Shown piece by piece: positions 18,259 through 34,666 of a stretch of 64,000 nucleotides of DNA (positions are counted from its first letter, which is position 1; each line of letters begins with the position of its first letter). A program made the translations under genes and the position numbers. Source of the stretch: Eledone cirrhosa (lineage: Eukaryota); assembly GCA_964016885.1 (NCBI GenBank), contig OZ024741.1, forward strand, positions 171,120,001 through 171,184,000, read 5' to 3'. A model generated the notes under the pieces. The model was not told the DNA's origin and did no database searches. It saw only the letters and a list, made by a program, of their open reading frames with translations.

Positions 18259-21200
18259 TGGTATTTTCTTCGGGGTTATAAGAGGCTTAGCTCTGTTTCT
18301 CGACCGTTATATCGCGTGACTATCTCCCCCTCCGCCTTTTGGGATTCTTTCTCACGTCGTGTAGACGCGTTCTTGAGACTAGTAAAATGAGGTATCCTCT
18401 TGATAAGTCGGCAGACCTCGCAAGGACTCTATATCTTTATGATATATTGTTTTTGTTTATGCCACGAAACTACGTAGTCGAGGAATTTAGGAGCAGTTTA
18501 GGTATGATACATTTTATTACTAATTATATCTAAATGTTTCGTCTCTCTTCATAATGTATTTTTAACTCTGATACTGGTTCAGTCTAGTTCAACTGAATTG
18601 GCTGTCCCAGTCATTCATTGAGCAACATCGGTGAAGTTGGCACCCTTAACTCACAGTTGGGTGCATATGCATTCATGTATATCTGTGTGTGTCCGCATGT
18701 ATCTGTGTGTTTCTAAATATATTGTTAATAACTCCCTCTGGTCGAGCAATCTTTGAGGTGTGGGGACAGCCGGAAAGCTTCCATTACTCATACTTCTCGC
18801 CTTCTTCACCACCTCTTCTACGGCCTCGATATAAATACCCCCTCCGCCTCCGTGGTATTTTCTTCGGGGTTATAAGAGGCTTAGCTCTGTTTCTCGACCG
18901 TTATATCGCGTGACTATCTCCCCCTCCGCCTTTTGGGATTCTTTCTCACGTCGTGTAGACGCGTTCTTGAGACTAGTAAAATGAGGTATCCTCTTGATAA
19001 GTCGGCAGACCTCGCAAGGACTCTATATCTTTATGATATATTGTTTTTGTTTATGCCACGAAACTACGTAGTCGAGGAATTTAGGAGCAGTTTAGGTATG
19101 ATACATTTTATTACTAATTATATCTAAATGTTTCTTCTCTCTTCATAATGTATTTTTAACTCTGATACTGGTTCAGTCTAGTTCAACTGAATTGGCTGTC
19201 CCAGTCATTCATTGAGCAACATCGGTGAAGTTGGCACCCTTAACTCACAGTTGGGTGCATATGCATTCATGTATATCTGTGTGTGTCCGCATGTATCTGT
19301 GTGTTTCTAAATATATTGTTAATAACTCCCTCTGGTCGAGCAATCTTTGAGGTGTGGGGACAGCCGGAAAGCTTCCATTACTCATACTTCTCGCCTTCTT
19401 CACCACCTCTTCTACGGCCTCGATATAAATAACCCCTCCGCCTCCGTGGTACTTTCTTCGGGGTTATAAGAGGCTTAGCTCTGTTTCTCGACCGTTATAT
19501 CGCGTGACTATCTCCCCCTCCGCCTTTTGGGATTCTTTCTCACGTCGTGTAGACGCGTTCTTGAGACTAGTAAAATGAGGTATCCTCTTGATAAGTCGGC
19601 AGACCTCGCAAGGACTCTATATCTTTATGATATATTGTTTTTGTTTATGCCACGAAACTACGTAGTCGAGGAATTTAGGAGCAGTTTAGGTATGATACAT
19701 TTTATTACTAATTATATCTAAATGTTTCTTCTCTCTTCATAATGTATTTTTAACTCTGATACTGGTTCAGTCTAGTTCAACTGAATTGGCTGTCCCAGTC
19801 ATTCATTGAGCAACATCGGTGAAGTTGGCACCCTTAACTCACAGTTGGGTGCATATGCATTCATGTATATCTGTGTGTGTCCGCATGTATCTGTGTGTTT
19901 CTAAATATATTGTTAATAACTCCCTCTGGTCGAGCAATCTTTGAGGTGTGGGGACAGCCGGAAAGCTTCCATTACTCATACTTCTCGCCTTCTTCACCAC
20001 CTCTTCTACGGCCTCGATATAAATACCCCCTCCGCCTCCGTGGTATTTTCTTCGGGGTTATAAGAGGCTTAGCTCTGTTTCTCGACCGTTATATCGCGTG
20101 ACTATCTCCCCCTCCGCCTTTTGGGATTCTTTCTCACGTCGTGTAGACGCGTTCTTGAGACTAGTAAAATGAGGTATCCTCTTGATAAGTCGGCAGACCT
20201 CGCAAGGACTCTATATCTTTATGATATATTGTTTTTGTTTATGCCACGAAACTACGTAGTCGAGGAATTTAGGAGCAGTTTAGGTATGATACATTTTATT
20301 ACTAATTATATCTAAATGTTTCTTCTCTCTTCATAATGTATTTTTAACTCTGATACTGGTTCAGTCTAGTTCAACTGAATTGGCTGTCCCAGTCATTCAT
20401 TGAGCAACATCGGTGAAGTTGGCACCCTTAACTCACAGTTGGGTGCATATGCATTCATGTATATCTGTGTGTGTCCGCATGTATCTGTGTGTTTCTAAAT
20501 ATATTGTTAATAACTCCCTCTGGTCGAGCAATCTTTGAGGTGTGGGGACAGCCGGAAAGCTTCCATTACTCATACTTCTCGCCTTCTTCACCACCTCTTC
20601 TACGGCCTCGATATAAATAACCCCTCCGCCTCCGTGGTATTTTCTTCGGGGTTATAAGAGGCTTAGCTCTGTTTCTCGACCGTTATATCGCGTGACTATC
20701 TCCCCCTCCGCCTTTTGGGATTCTTTCTCACGTCGTGTAGACGCGTTCTTGAGACTAGTAAAATGAGGTATCCTCTTGATAAGTCGGCAGACCTCGCAAG
20801 GACTCTATATCTTTATGATATATTGTTTTTGTTTATGCCACGAAACTACGTAGTCGAGGAATTTAGGAGCAGTTTAGGTATGATACATTTTATTACTAAT
20901 TATATCTAAATGTTTCTTCTCTCTTCATAATGTATTTTTAACTCTGATACTGGTTCAGTCTAGTTCAACTGAATTGGCTGTCCCAGTCATTCATTGAGCA
21001 ACATCGGTGAAGTTGGCACCCTTAACTCACAGTTGGGTGCATATGCATTCATGTATATCTGTGTGTGTCCGCATGTATCTGTGTGTTTCTAAATATATTG
21101 TTAATAACTCCCTCTGGTCGAGCAATCTTTGAGGTGTGGGGACAGCCGGAAAGCTTCCATTACTCATACTTCTCGCCTTCTTCACCACCTCTTCTACGGC

Positions 21201-21523
21201 CTCGATATAAATACCCCCTCCGCCTCCGTGGTATTTTCTTCGGGGTTATAAGAGGCTTAGCTCTGTTTCTCGACCGTTATATCGCGTGACTATCTCCCCC
21301 TCCGCCTTTTGGGATTCTTTCTCACGTCGTGTAGACGCGTTCTTGAGACTAGTAAAATGAGGTATCCTCTTGATAAGTCGGCAGACCTCGCAAGGACTCT
21401 ATATCTTTATGATATATTGTTTTTGTTTATGCCACGAAACTACGTAGTCGAGGAATTTAGGAGCAGTTTAGGTATGATACATTTTATTACTAATTATATC
21501 TAAATGTTTCTTCTCTCTTCATA

Positions 21524-21529
<6 letters not shown>
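18259..21529 (+). repeat. Tandem array, 5.5 x 594 bp, one variant hammerhead per unit (retrozyme-like)
   Basis: Exact 594-bp period (ORFs at 18339, 18933, 19527, 20121, 20715, 21309). Only three variable positions were seen. Confidence 0.97.
18395..18484 (+). ncRNA. Type I hammerhead with U3-A8 core and long stem II (also starting at 18989, 19583, 20177, 20771, 21365)
   Basis: TCCTC-TTGATAA-GT(C)GGCA...TGCCAC-GAAA-CTACGTAG-TC-GAGGA: stem I TCCTC/GAGGA, palindromic stem III, GUC site. Confidence 0.8.
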
Positions 21530-21560
<31 letters not shown>

Positions 21561-22026
21561 AGTACAATAACAACAAACACATATAAATACACACTAGTGA
21601 ACAACTAATTTCTCTCAATAACTACTTCCTAACTATTTCCCCCACCCCCACACTGCAAGCCAATACCCTGCTTAACATTATAAATGGGTACTTGAGTGCG
21701 ATTTGCAGACTACAACTATGAACTCGATGTATCCCCTTCTCGTAGCTTTCCTCTGTCGTCTCTCTCTATCTCTCTTTCTTTCTCTCTCTCCCTTCTTCTC
21801 TCTCTCTCTCTCTCTCTCTCTCGCCATCGGTCTACCCCCTCCCTCTCCACATCTATGAACCTGCTCTCAGTGGCAATAAATAATTCCAACACAATGCCTA
21901 GGTTGTCAATTTGAGAGTAAACGGTATAATAAAACCCCTACCACATCATTTTGATTAAGCTATCTGTATTCTTCAAACCACTCTCTCCCGTTTCTCCAAC
22001 TCCTAAATCTCTCTCTCTCTCCTAAA

Positions 22027-22067
<41 letters not shown>

Positions 22068-22478
22068 CTCTCTCTCTCTCTCCCCCTCTTTCTCTCTTCC
22101 TTTTTCTACTCTATCTTCCCCAATAACTTCCTTTAAGAAATACAAGGGTATTTAAATTTTAACTATTCTGCTCTGAGGAAACGGTAGTGGCAGCATTTGA
22201 AAATTGAGTTTCTGCAAACAACTAATTACCAATTTGCATATAGCATGTATAATTTCTGTTGAAACATTTGTAAGCACTCGGAATAAATTACCTCTTTATG
22301 ATGTCTACCTGTTATTATTTATTCTTTATCTACACTCCGGAATGCAGAAGGATCAAAAACTGAGTTTCTTCAACTATTCTTCTATAACTTGTTGAGTAAC
22401 CCCTCACCTTATGTCAACTCTATCTAGTCTAGTAATCAACCATTACTGCATTCAGGTTAATCCTAAGCATGTCTTGCA

Positions 22479-22510
<32 letters not shown>

Positions 22511-22516
<6 letters not shown>

Positions 22517-23074
22517 ATGCTTTGGGAGGGTCATGTTGCCAATAAGAAACGCACGCACCAGTGCTTTCACTTCAATTTATTATAAATTAAATTTATAAAT
22601 TTAGGAATTTATAAATTTCCGGTTCGTTGGTTGGTTCCACAACCAGACGATTGTTCATACATTATCAGAGTTCTTTCGTCACAGATTCTGTGACCTCTTC
22701 AGTGACTGGAGATTCTTTTCTTTGATTTTGTGCCTCTCCTTTGTTCTGTCCTACGCCATCTTGTTTTGATGGCGTAGGATAAGATGGCGTTTTGATGGCG
22801 TAGGACAAGATGGCGTTCTGATGGCGTAGGACAAGATGGCGGAGGACAGAACAAAGGAGAGGCTCAAAAACAAAGAAAAGAATCCCCAGTCACTGAAGAG
22901 GTCACATAATGTGTGACGAAAGAACTTTGACAATATATGAACAATCGTCTGGTTGTGGAACCAACCAACCGGAAATTTATAAATTCCTAAATTTATTAAT
23001 TTAATTTATAATAAATTGAAGTGGAAGCAGTGGTGCGTGCGTTTCTTATTGGCAACAGGACCCTCCCAAAGCAT

Positions 23075-23080
<6 letters not shown>
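22511..23080. mobile_element. Fold-back of two Penelope-like pseudo-LTRs, HHR in each arm (22664-22706 minus; 22889-22931 plus)
   Basis: Arms of about 250 bp. Minus strand reads GTCA-CTGAAGA-G-GTCACAG(AAT)CTGTGAC-GAAA-GAAC-TC-TGAT. Both ends are CCCTCCCAAAGCATAACAAT(AT)n. Confidence 0.88.
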
Positions 23081-23108
<28 letters not shown>

Positions 23109-23113
<5 letters not shown>

Positions 23114-26100
23114 TAAGTTAAAGTGTACATCTACATATGTATACGGAAGTATTAGTATGCATATAAATACACACATGTATACATATGTACATGTAATCAG
23201 CTTTTCACTAGACACTTTACAGTGTCAGCTAGTCTGTATGTAACCACACAGACGGACCGGGTTTTAGAGTCATACGGGTTTTCAAGGAAACACATTTCCT
23301 CTATTCTCCAGAGGGCCAGACAGGAATATTGGACTAGTTTCGATGTTATTACATCTCATCAGCAATATTTACCCATCTTCCGGCTTCTCTGGAGAATTGT
23401 AAAAGCACATATCGTTATATGCTTTTTCTATGAAAATTAGTAGTGGGTAGACTAATTTGCATAGAACGTGAGTCATTGTACGCACCGGTTCAGCGGAAAC
23501 GATAAAAACAAATAACGAAACGAAATTAAATTTCGTTTCGCTTCTAACTCACTTTTGTATGACTGACGCTTAAACAATTAAGTTAAAGTGTACATCTACA
23601 TATGTATACGGAAGTATTAGTATGCATATAAATACACACATGTATACATATGTACATGTACTCAGCTTTTCACTAGACACTTTACAGTGTCAGCTAGTCT
23701 GTATGTAACCACACAGACGGACCGGGTTTTAGAGTCATACGGGTTTTCAAGGAAGCACATTTCCTCTATTTTTCAGAGGGCCAGACAGGAATATTGGACT
23801 AGTTTCGATGTTATTACATCTCATCAGCAATATTTACCCATCTTCCGGCTTCTCTGGAGAATTGTAAAAGCACATATCGTTATATGCTTTTTCTATGAAA
23901 ATTAGTAGTGGGTAGACTAATTTGCATAGAACGTGAGTCATTGTACGCACCGGTTCAGCGGAAACGATAAAAACAAATAACGAAACGAAATTAAATTTCG
24001 TTTCGCTTCTAACTCACTTTTGTATGACTGACGCTTAAACAATTAAGTTAAAGTGTACATCTACATATGTATACGGAAGTATTAGTATGCATATAAATAC
24101 ACACATGTATACATATGTACATGTACTCAGCTTTTCACTAGACACTTTACAGTGTCAGCTAGTCTGTATGTAACCACACAGACGGACCGGGTTTTAGAGT
24201 CATACGGGTTTTCAAGGAAACACATTTCCTCTATTCTCCAGAGGGCCAGACAGGAATATTGGACTAGTTTCGATGTTATTACATCTCATCAGCAATATTT
24301 ACCCATCTTCCGGCTTCTCTGGAGAATTGTAAAAGCACATATCGTTATATGCTTTTTCTATGAAAATTAGTAGTGGGTAGACTAATTTGCATAGAACGTG
24401 AGTCATTGTACGCACCGGTTCAGCGGAAACGATAAAAACAAATAACGAAACGAAATTAAATTTCGTTTCGCTTCTAACTCACTTTTGTATGACTGACGCT
24501 TAAACAATTAAGTTAAAGTGTACATCTACATATGTATACGGAAGTATTAGTATGCATATAAATACACACATGTATACATATGTACATGTACTCAGCTTTT
24601 CACTAGACACTTTACAGTGTCAGCTAGTCTGTATGTAACCACACAGACGGACCGGGTTTTAGAGTCATACGGGTTTTCAAGGAAACACATTTCCTCTATT
24701 CTCCAGAGGGCCAGACAGGAATATTGGACTAGTTTCGATGTTATTACATCTCATCAGCAATATTTACCCATCTTCCGGCTTCTCTGGAGAATTGTAAAAG
24801 CACATATCGTTATATGCTTTTTCTATGAAAATTAGTAGTGGGTAGACTAATTTGCATAGAACGTGAGTCATTGTACGCACCGGTTCAGCGGAAACGATAA
24901 AAACAAATAACGAAACGAAATTAAATTTCGTTTCGCTTCTAACTCACTTTTGTATGACTGACGCTTAAACAATTAAGTTAAAGTGTACATCTACATATGT
25001 ATACGGAAGTATTAGTATGCATATAAATACACACATGTATACATATGTACATGTACTCAGCTTTTCACTAGACACTTTACAGTGTCAGCTAGTCTGTATG
25101 TAACCACACAGACGGACCGGGTTTTAGAGTCATACGGGTTTTCAAGGAAACACATTTCCTCTATTCTCCAGAGGGCCAGACAGGAATATTGGACTAGTTT
25201 CGATGTTATTACATCTCATCAGCAATATTTACCCATCTTCCGGCTTCTCTGGAGAATTGTAAAAGCACATATCGTTATATGCTTTTTCTATGAAAATTAG
25301 TAGTGGGTAGACTAATTTGCATAGAACGTGAGTCATTGTACGCACCGGTTCAGCGGAAACGATAAAAACAAATAACGAAACGAAATTAAATTTCGTTTCG
25401 CTTCTAACTCACTTTTGTATGACTGACGCTTAAACAATTAAGTTAAAGTGTACATCTACATATGTATACGGAAGTATTAGTATGCATATAAATACACACA
25501 TGTATACATATGTACATGTACTCAGCTTTTCACTAGACACTTTACAGTGTCAGCTAGTCTGTATGTAACCACACAGACGGACCGGGTTTTAGAGTCATAC
25601 GGGTTTTCAAGGAAACACATTTCCTCTATTCTCCAAAGGGCCAGACAGGAATATTGGACTAGTTTCGATGTTATTACATCTCATCAGCAATATTTACCCA
25701 TCTTCCGGCTTCTCTGGAGAATTGTAAAAGCACATATCGTTATATGCTTTTTCTATGAAAATTAGTAGTGGGTAGACTAATTTGCATAGAACGTGAGTCA
25801 TTGTACGCACCGGTTCAGCGGAAACGATAAAAACAAATAACGAAACGAAATTAAATTTCGTTTCGCTTCTAACTCACTTTTGTATGACTGACGCTTAAAC
25901 AATTAAGTTAAAGTGTACATCTACATATGTATACGGAAGTATTAGTATGCATATAAATACACACATGTATACATATGTACATGTACTCAGCTTTTCACTA
26001 GACACTTTACAGTGTCAGCTAGTCTGTATGTAACCACACATTCGGACCGGGTTTTAGAGTCATACGGGTTTTCAAGGAAACACATTTCCTCTATTCTACA

Positions 26101-26945
26101 GAGGGCCAGACAGGAATATTGGACTAGTTTCGATGTTATTACATCTCATCAGCAATATTTACCCATCTTCCGGCTTCTCTGGAGAATTGTAAAAGCACAT
26201 ATCGTTATATGCTTTTTCTATGAAAATTAGTAGTGGGTAGACTAATTTGCATAGAACGTGAGTCATTGTACGCACCGGTTCAGCGGAAACGATAAAAACA
26301 AATAACGAAACGAAATTAAATTTCGTTTCGCTTCTAACTCACTTTTGTATGACTGACGCTTAAACAATTAAGTTAAAGTGTACATCTACATATGTATACG
26401 GAAGTATTAGTATGCATATAAATACACACATGTATACATATGTACATGTACTCAGCTTTTCACTAGACACTTTACAGTGTCAGCTAGTCTGTATGTAACC
26501 ACACAGACGGACCGGGTTTTAGAGTCATACGGGTTTTCAAGGAAACACATTTCCTCTATTCTACAGAGGGCCAGACAGGAATATTGGACTAGTTTCGATG
26601 TTATTACATCTCATCAGCAATATTTACCCATCTTCCGGCTTCTCTGGAGAATTGTAAAAGCACATATCGTTATATGCTTTTTCTATGAAAATTAGTAGTG
26701 GGTAGACTAATTTGCATAGAACGTGAGTCATTGTACGCACCGGTTCAGCGGAAACGATAAAAACAAATAACGAAACGAAATTAAATTTCGTTTCGCTTCT
26801 AACTCACTTTTGTATGACTGACGCTTAAACAATTAAGTTAAAGTGTACATCTACATATGTATACGGAAGTATTAGTATGCATATAAATACACACATGTAT
26901 ACATATGTACATGTACTCAGCTTTTCACTAGACACTTTACAGTGT
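23109..26945 (-). repeat. 465-bp tandem array, left arm (about 8.25 units, HHR on minus strand)
   Basis: Exact 465-bp period. HHRs at 23325-23369 and every 465 bp up to 26580-26624. Confidence 0.97.
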
Positions 26946-26947
26946 AC

Positions 26948-30170
<3,223 letters not shown>

Positions 30171-30249
30171 TATATATATATATATATATATATATAGCTT
30201 ACATTTCTAATAATTTCAAAGCCACTCGCTGTTTCGAAGATATTCTTAC

Positions 30250-30292
<43 letters not shown>

Positions 30293-30302
30293 TATATATA
30301 AT

Positions 30303-30600
30303 ATATAAGATCAAAAGATGGTTAAATGAGTTCCATGTATTTTATTATGCGCATTTCAAAAACAAATATCATCATGCAATAACATTTGTGTTTTCATCAG
30401 AGAAAATAGGAGGACATGATATGAAGGTTAAAAACACTTGTGGATAGTGCAGTTTTAAATCAACATATCCACAAGTAACCTTCATATCATGTCCTATTTT
30501 ATCTGATGAAAACACAAATGTTATTGCATGATGATATTTGTTTTTGAAATGCGCATAATAAAATACATGGAACTCATTTAACCATCTTTTGATCTTATAT
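30303..30600. mobile_element. Fold-back element with hammerhead in each arm
   Basis: Arms of about 125 bp are near-perfect reverse complements, next to (TA)n. Confidence 0.9.
30495..30565 (+). ncRNA. Type I hammerhead ribozyme
   Basis: TATTTTAT-CTGATGA-[stem II of about 15 bp]-GAAA-TGCGCA-TA-ATAAAATA: perfect 8-bp stem I, palindromic stem III ATGCGCAT, AUA site. Confidence 0.85.
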
Positions 30601-31193
30601 ATTATGTATACTCCAGTCCTACAAACTGTAGAGTGCTTCTTATCCGATATCTGCATTGCTTTATTGTACTACAATAAAACTCACCTCCTACATATATATA
30701 TATATCAATGACTTTAATAAATGGAAACTATATTTATGAAACCATATTTATTCTATTATATATAATTCAAGGGTACCAAGACTTTGCTACGCACTCAACA
30801 GATAAAATACAAAGTTTGTTTTATAAATATTGACATATCCAGGAATGAGACCTTAACGGATCAAGTTTCACCTTGCCCTATATACATATATATATATATA
30901 TGTTTACTTCCGCTTTCGCTACGGACTGGTTCATGTACAGGTCAAATTTCCGCTTCACTCGATCTTGTGCTAGCTTGTGATGGCAATATATTTTGCCGTT
31001 CCTGGGACTTTAGCCCTAGGAAAGGAAAATGGTTTCTGATGAACTTGACTTCTCCATTGGAAATCCCATGGATTTCCAATGTTTTGTGAAGGGAAACCGA
31101 TCGGTAAGAGCAACTGGAGTAAGTAAATATTTAAATTATATTTTTTAGTTTATTTAAAAAAAATTGTTTGATTTTTGCTTGTTCTGCTTATCT

Positions 31194-31333
<140 letters not shown>

Positions 31334-31496
31334 GTTGCCATTTTACGTCTGTAAGTATGGATTTAATATTTAATATTTTCTAGATCGATACAGGCGGACT
31401 ATATGTACTTGAATTAATGTATTTCTATCTGGCTAAAAAATTATTGTCATTTTGCAAAAAAAAAAACACATTAGTGTTGATCATATTTTTTAAATT

Positions 31497-31585
<89 letters not shown>

Positions 31586-31834
31586 TTGTTATTATTATTA
31601 TTATTGCTGTCATCATCATGTTTCTTACCTGCGTTATAGTTGTTATCTCTGTTCATCTTGTCGTTGAAATCATCCTTTTTGTAATTGTTTCTATTATTGC
31701 TTTCATTGCAATCTCGTTGTCGCTTTTGTTTTGTTGCTGTCTGTCATCCTGACTGTTATTGGTTGTGGTGGTGTTTTGTGTTGTTGGTGGTGGTGTTATT
31801 TGCTTTTTGTTTTTGTTTTTATTATTATTGTTGT

Positions 31835-32025
31835 GGGCGGTGGATTGGCAATATCGGTAGAAGGTCGGACGCCATGCTTTCCAGCAAAGTGTTACGGCCC
31901 TTTATGGTCTGATTTCAAATCTCGCCGAGGTTAACTTTGCCTTTCATCCTTACGGGGTCGATAAAATAAAGTACCAGCAATACACTGGGATAATTGCTGG
32001 CCTTGTGCCAAAAGTAGAAACAATT
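31835..32025 (+). mobile_element. tRNA-derived SINE
   Basis: A-box-like TGGCAATATCGG, B-box-like TTCAAATC, conserved CTTTGCCTTTCATCCTTACGGGGTCGATAAAATAAAGTACCAG and a (TTA/TTG)n tail. Confidence 0.9.
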
Positions 32026-33185
32026 ATTATTGTTGTTGCTCTTGATGTTGGTGTTGGTGGTGGTTGTGGTGGTGGTGTGGAGGTGGTGGTGGCGGCGAAG
32101 GCGGTGGTGGTGGTGGTGGTGGTGGATGTGGTAGCGGTAGTAATGTTGGACGTTGGCGCTGTTGATTGTATTGCTATTATTGGCATTGTTTTTCTTATTG
32201 CTGTTACCGCCATCATTGTTGCTGTCGTCGTCGTTGTTGTTGTTGTTGTTATCATGGTTGTGATTGCAGTTATAGTTGTTGCTGTTAATATTATCTTTGT
32301 TGTGGTTGGTGTGTATTTGAATTTTCTAGGAGTGAGCTGGAGAAGAATTCGCCAGGGACGAAGATCAATATTAGAATACAGAGAAAATCGTAAACATTTC
32401 CTATAGGAACAAAATTGAACTAAATGGACTAAGAAGTTCAGATTTTAGAATATGCGTTTCTATAAATAGGCCTCACTAATGAATCCTAACAACGTTGGAA
32501 ACAACAGTAACTGCAATTAAAACAACAACAACAACATCAAAAACTTACACTGCATAACCACCACCAACAGTAACAACAATGACTACAGAAACAGTAGCAA
32601 CTACAAGTGTCAACAATGAGGAGTCTTTATGTAGTCGCTTGATTTGCTGAAAATTGTAGACAAATATCCTTCAAATCTCACCTTGCTGTTGTTTGGACAA
32701 TATAGTCCCTGGTATACACAAGTCAGTGGTCATGGTTGTAGCGCCTTTCGAACTCATGTCTGCTGCTCAGTCAGGATTTGTCCTTTTGCTAAAAAACAGC
32801 AAGCAATAAGAAACCTTTATGTAGTTACATGAAGTGCTAGAAATAGCAGAGAAATATCCATAAAATCACACCTTACCCTCGGAGAAAAGAAGAAATGACA
32901 AATTTGACATTAGTAATCACAGACTAAACATCTCAGAAACACTATGAGATGGTCATGGCTGGAACGATTTTGATAAAAGAAAACGTTAACAAGAATACAG
33001 AAACGTTAACTACAACAACTGTAGGAGCACAATGCAGCACAGTCCTCTCCAGAAGAAGATATGTCAGAAACTGCGACAACAACAATAACAACAAAAACAG
33101 CGAATAAATAAATCTAGAATGAGTTTTACTGAGAATATTCTGGGTTATTCAATAAATATTAAAAACTTGTTTCATTTCTATTGAC

Positions 33186-33370
33186 ACCATACTTTGCAGC
33201 ATAGAGTTATGGCCCTTTGCGTTCTGAGTTCAAATCCTGCCGGGGTTAGATTTGCCTTTAATCCTTACGGGGTCGATAAAATAAAGCACCAATCACGCAC
33301 TGGAGTCGATTTAATCGCCTTTCCCCTCTCTTTACAATTGTTGGCCTTGTACCTAAATTAAAAGCAATTA
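33186..33370 (+). mobile_element. tRNA-derived SINE, 5'-truncated
   Basis: GAGTTCAAATCC B box and family body. Confidence 0.85.
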
Positions 33371-34666
33371 TTATAAGAAAACAAACAAAATGTTTCCTCC
33401 TCCTTTTAATTTTCCACATTCCCCGCCTCTTCACCATTGCCCTATTCTACATACACCACTGCGTACATAGTGTTCGCTCCAATTCTTTTAACTTCATTTC
33501 GTTTTTTTTTTATGTGTGTGCTGGACACAGACGTGTGCACACATGTGGCTAACAAAATAATTTATTATTCAAAACTACTGGTCATGTACTTAAATTAGAA
33601 ACCATTAATATTCTTATTGACGCCTCAGCACCACAAGCCCATTACAGAAATGTTTCTCTTTGTGAGCGCAGAATCAAAACGTGAAGGTGGGTGCATAAAG
33701 CTCAATTGTTGCATTTGAGATTCCTTTGCTCTGGGGCGTTGAAAATAGAATCAAGTAATGAGCAAGTTTCTGGGGTTACTGTTCCTGGATTACCATCAAC
33801 CATAGAACCGGTTCCATTTCTGGGAATAACAGAAACATTTACTCCCCCCTTGCTTCCTGAAGCAGATGATACCGAAGTACTTCTTCCTTATTCTGAGATT
33901 GTAGAGTAAATTATATTTCGCTCAGTGGTTCCAAGATTCCTTCTCTTAAGATTACCAGCCCATCTGTTTGTGATGGTGAGAACAAAATAGAAGAATAAGA
34001 TGACAGACAGACTGCTGAAAAGAGATGAAATAAAAATAAACCCGAAAAACACTGCTAAACCTCTTCTAAAACTGACATTAAGCAATGTGATTCCTTGCAA
34101 TATACACTCGTTTGAATCAATAACATTGAGTTGCTAAACAAAATATATGAATCGGAGGAGATGAAAACTGAGGCAATATGTGTATGAGCTTACAAATAAA
34201 GTATTACTTCCGAACACTCCCGGATATTAGAATCTAACTTCTAACAACAACAAACAAAAATATAGGAAAAAATAAAGTACTTCTAACCAAAAGGATGGAT
34301 TTTAACGGGGTGTTTTATTCATCTACGGGAAATATATAATGTATGATAAGCGAGCAGAAACGTGGCGTATTCTGATGCGACATAATTAGTGGGTTCCCAA
34401 CTGCTCATGAATGGGTAACCTCTATACTTTTGTTTGTGTTATATATCATATCTTATGTTAAATATCATGTTTTATTATGTCATACTTATTTCATGTATTA
34501 TCAAAGTAATCTGCCTACTGTATAAGGCTGTTGCCTCTAGCTTCATTGTATACAATTTTGCCCAGCCACATGTATAGTTACCTCAATTTTCATAAAGTTC
34601 GCTGCATTTTATGTATAAGCTCTGGTGCCTAATAAAGAAAGTATTATCATTATTGTTGTTGTTGTT

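Noticed and set aside
31835-32025. tRNA gene suggested by A and B boxes
   Set aside because: There is no cloverleaf, and the boxes belong to a dispersed SINE with a constant 3' body.
31560-32406. Val-, Thr- and Ile-rich ORFs resembling membrane or mucin proteins
   Set aside because: They derive from (GTT)n, (GGT)n and (ATT)n low-complexity tracts.
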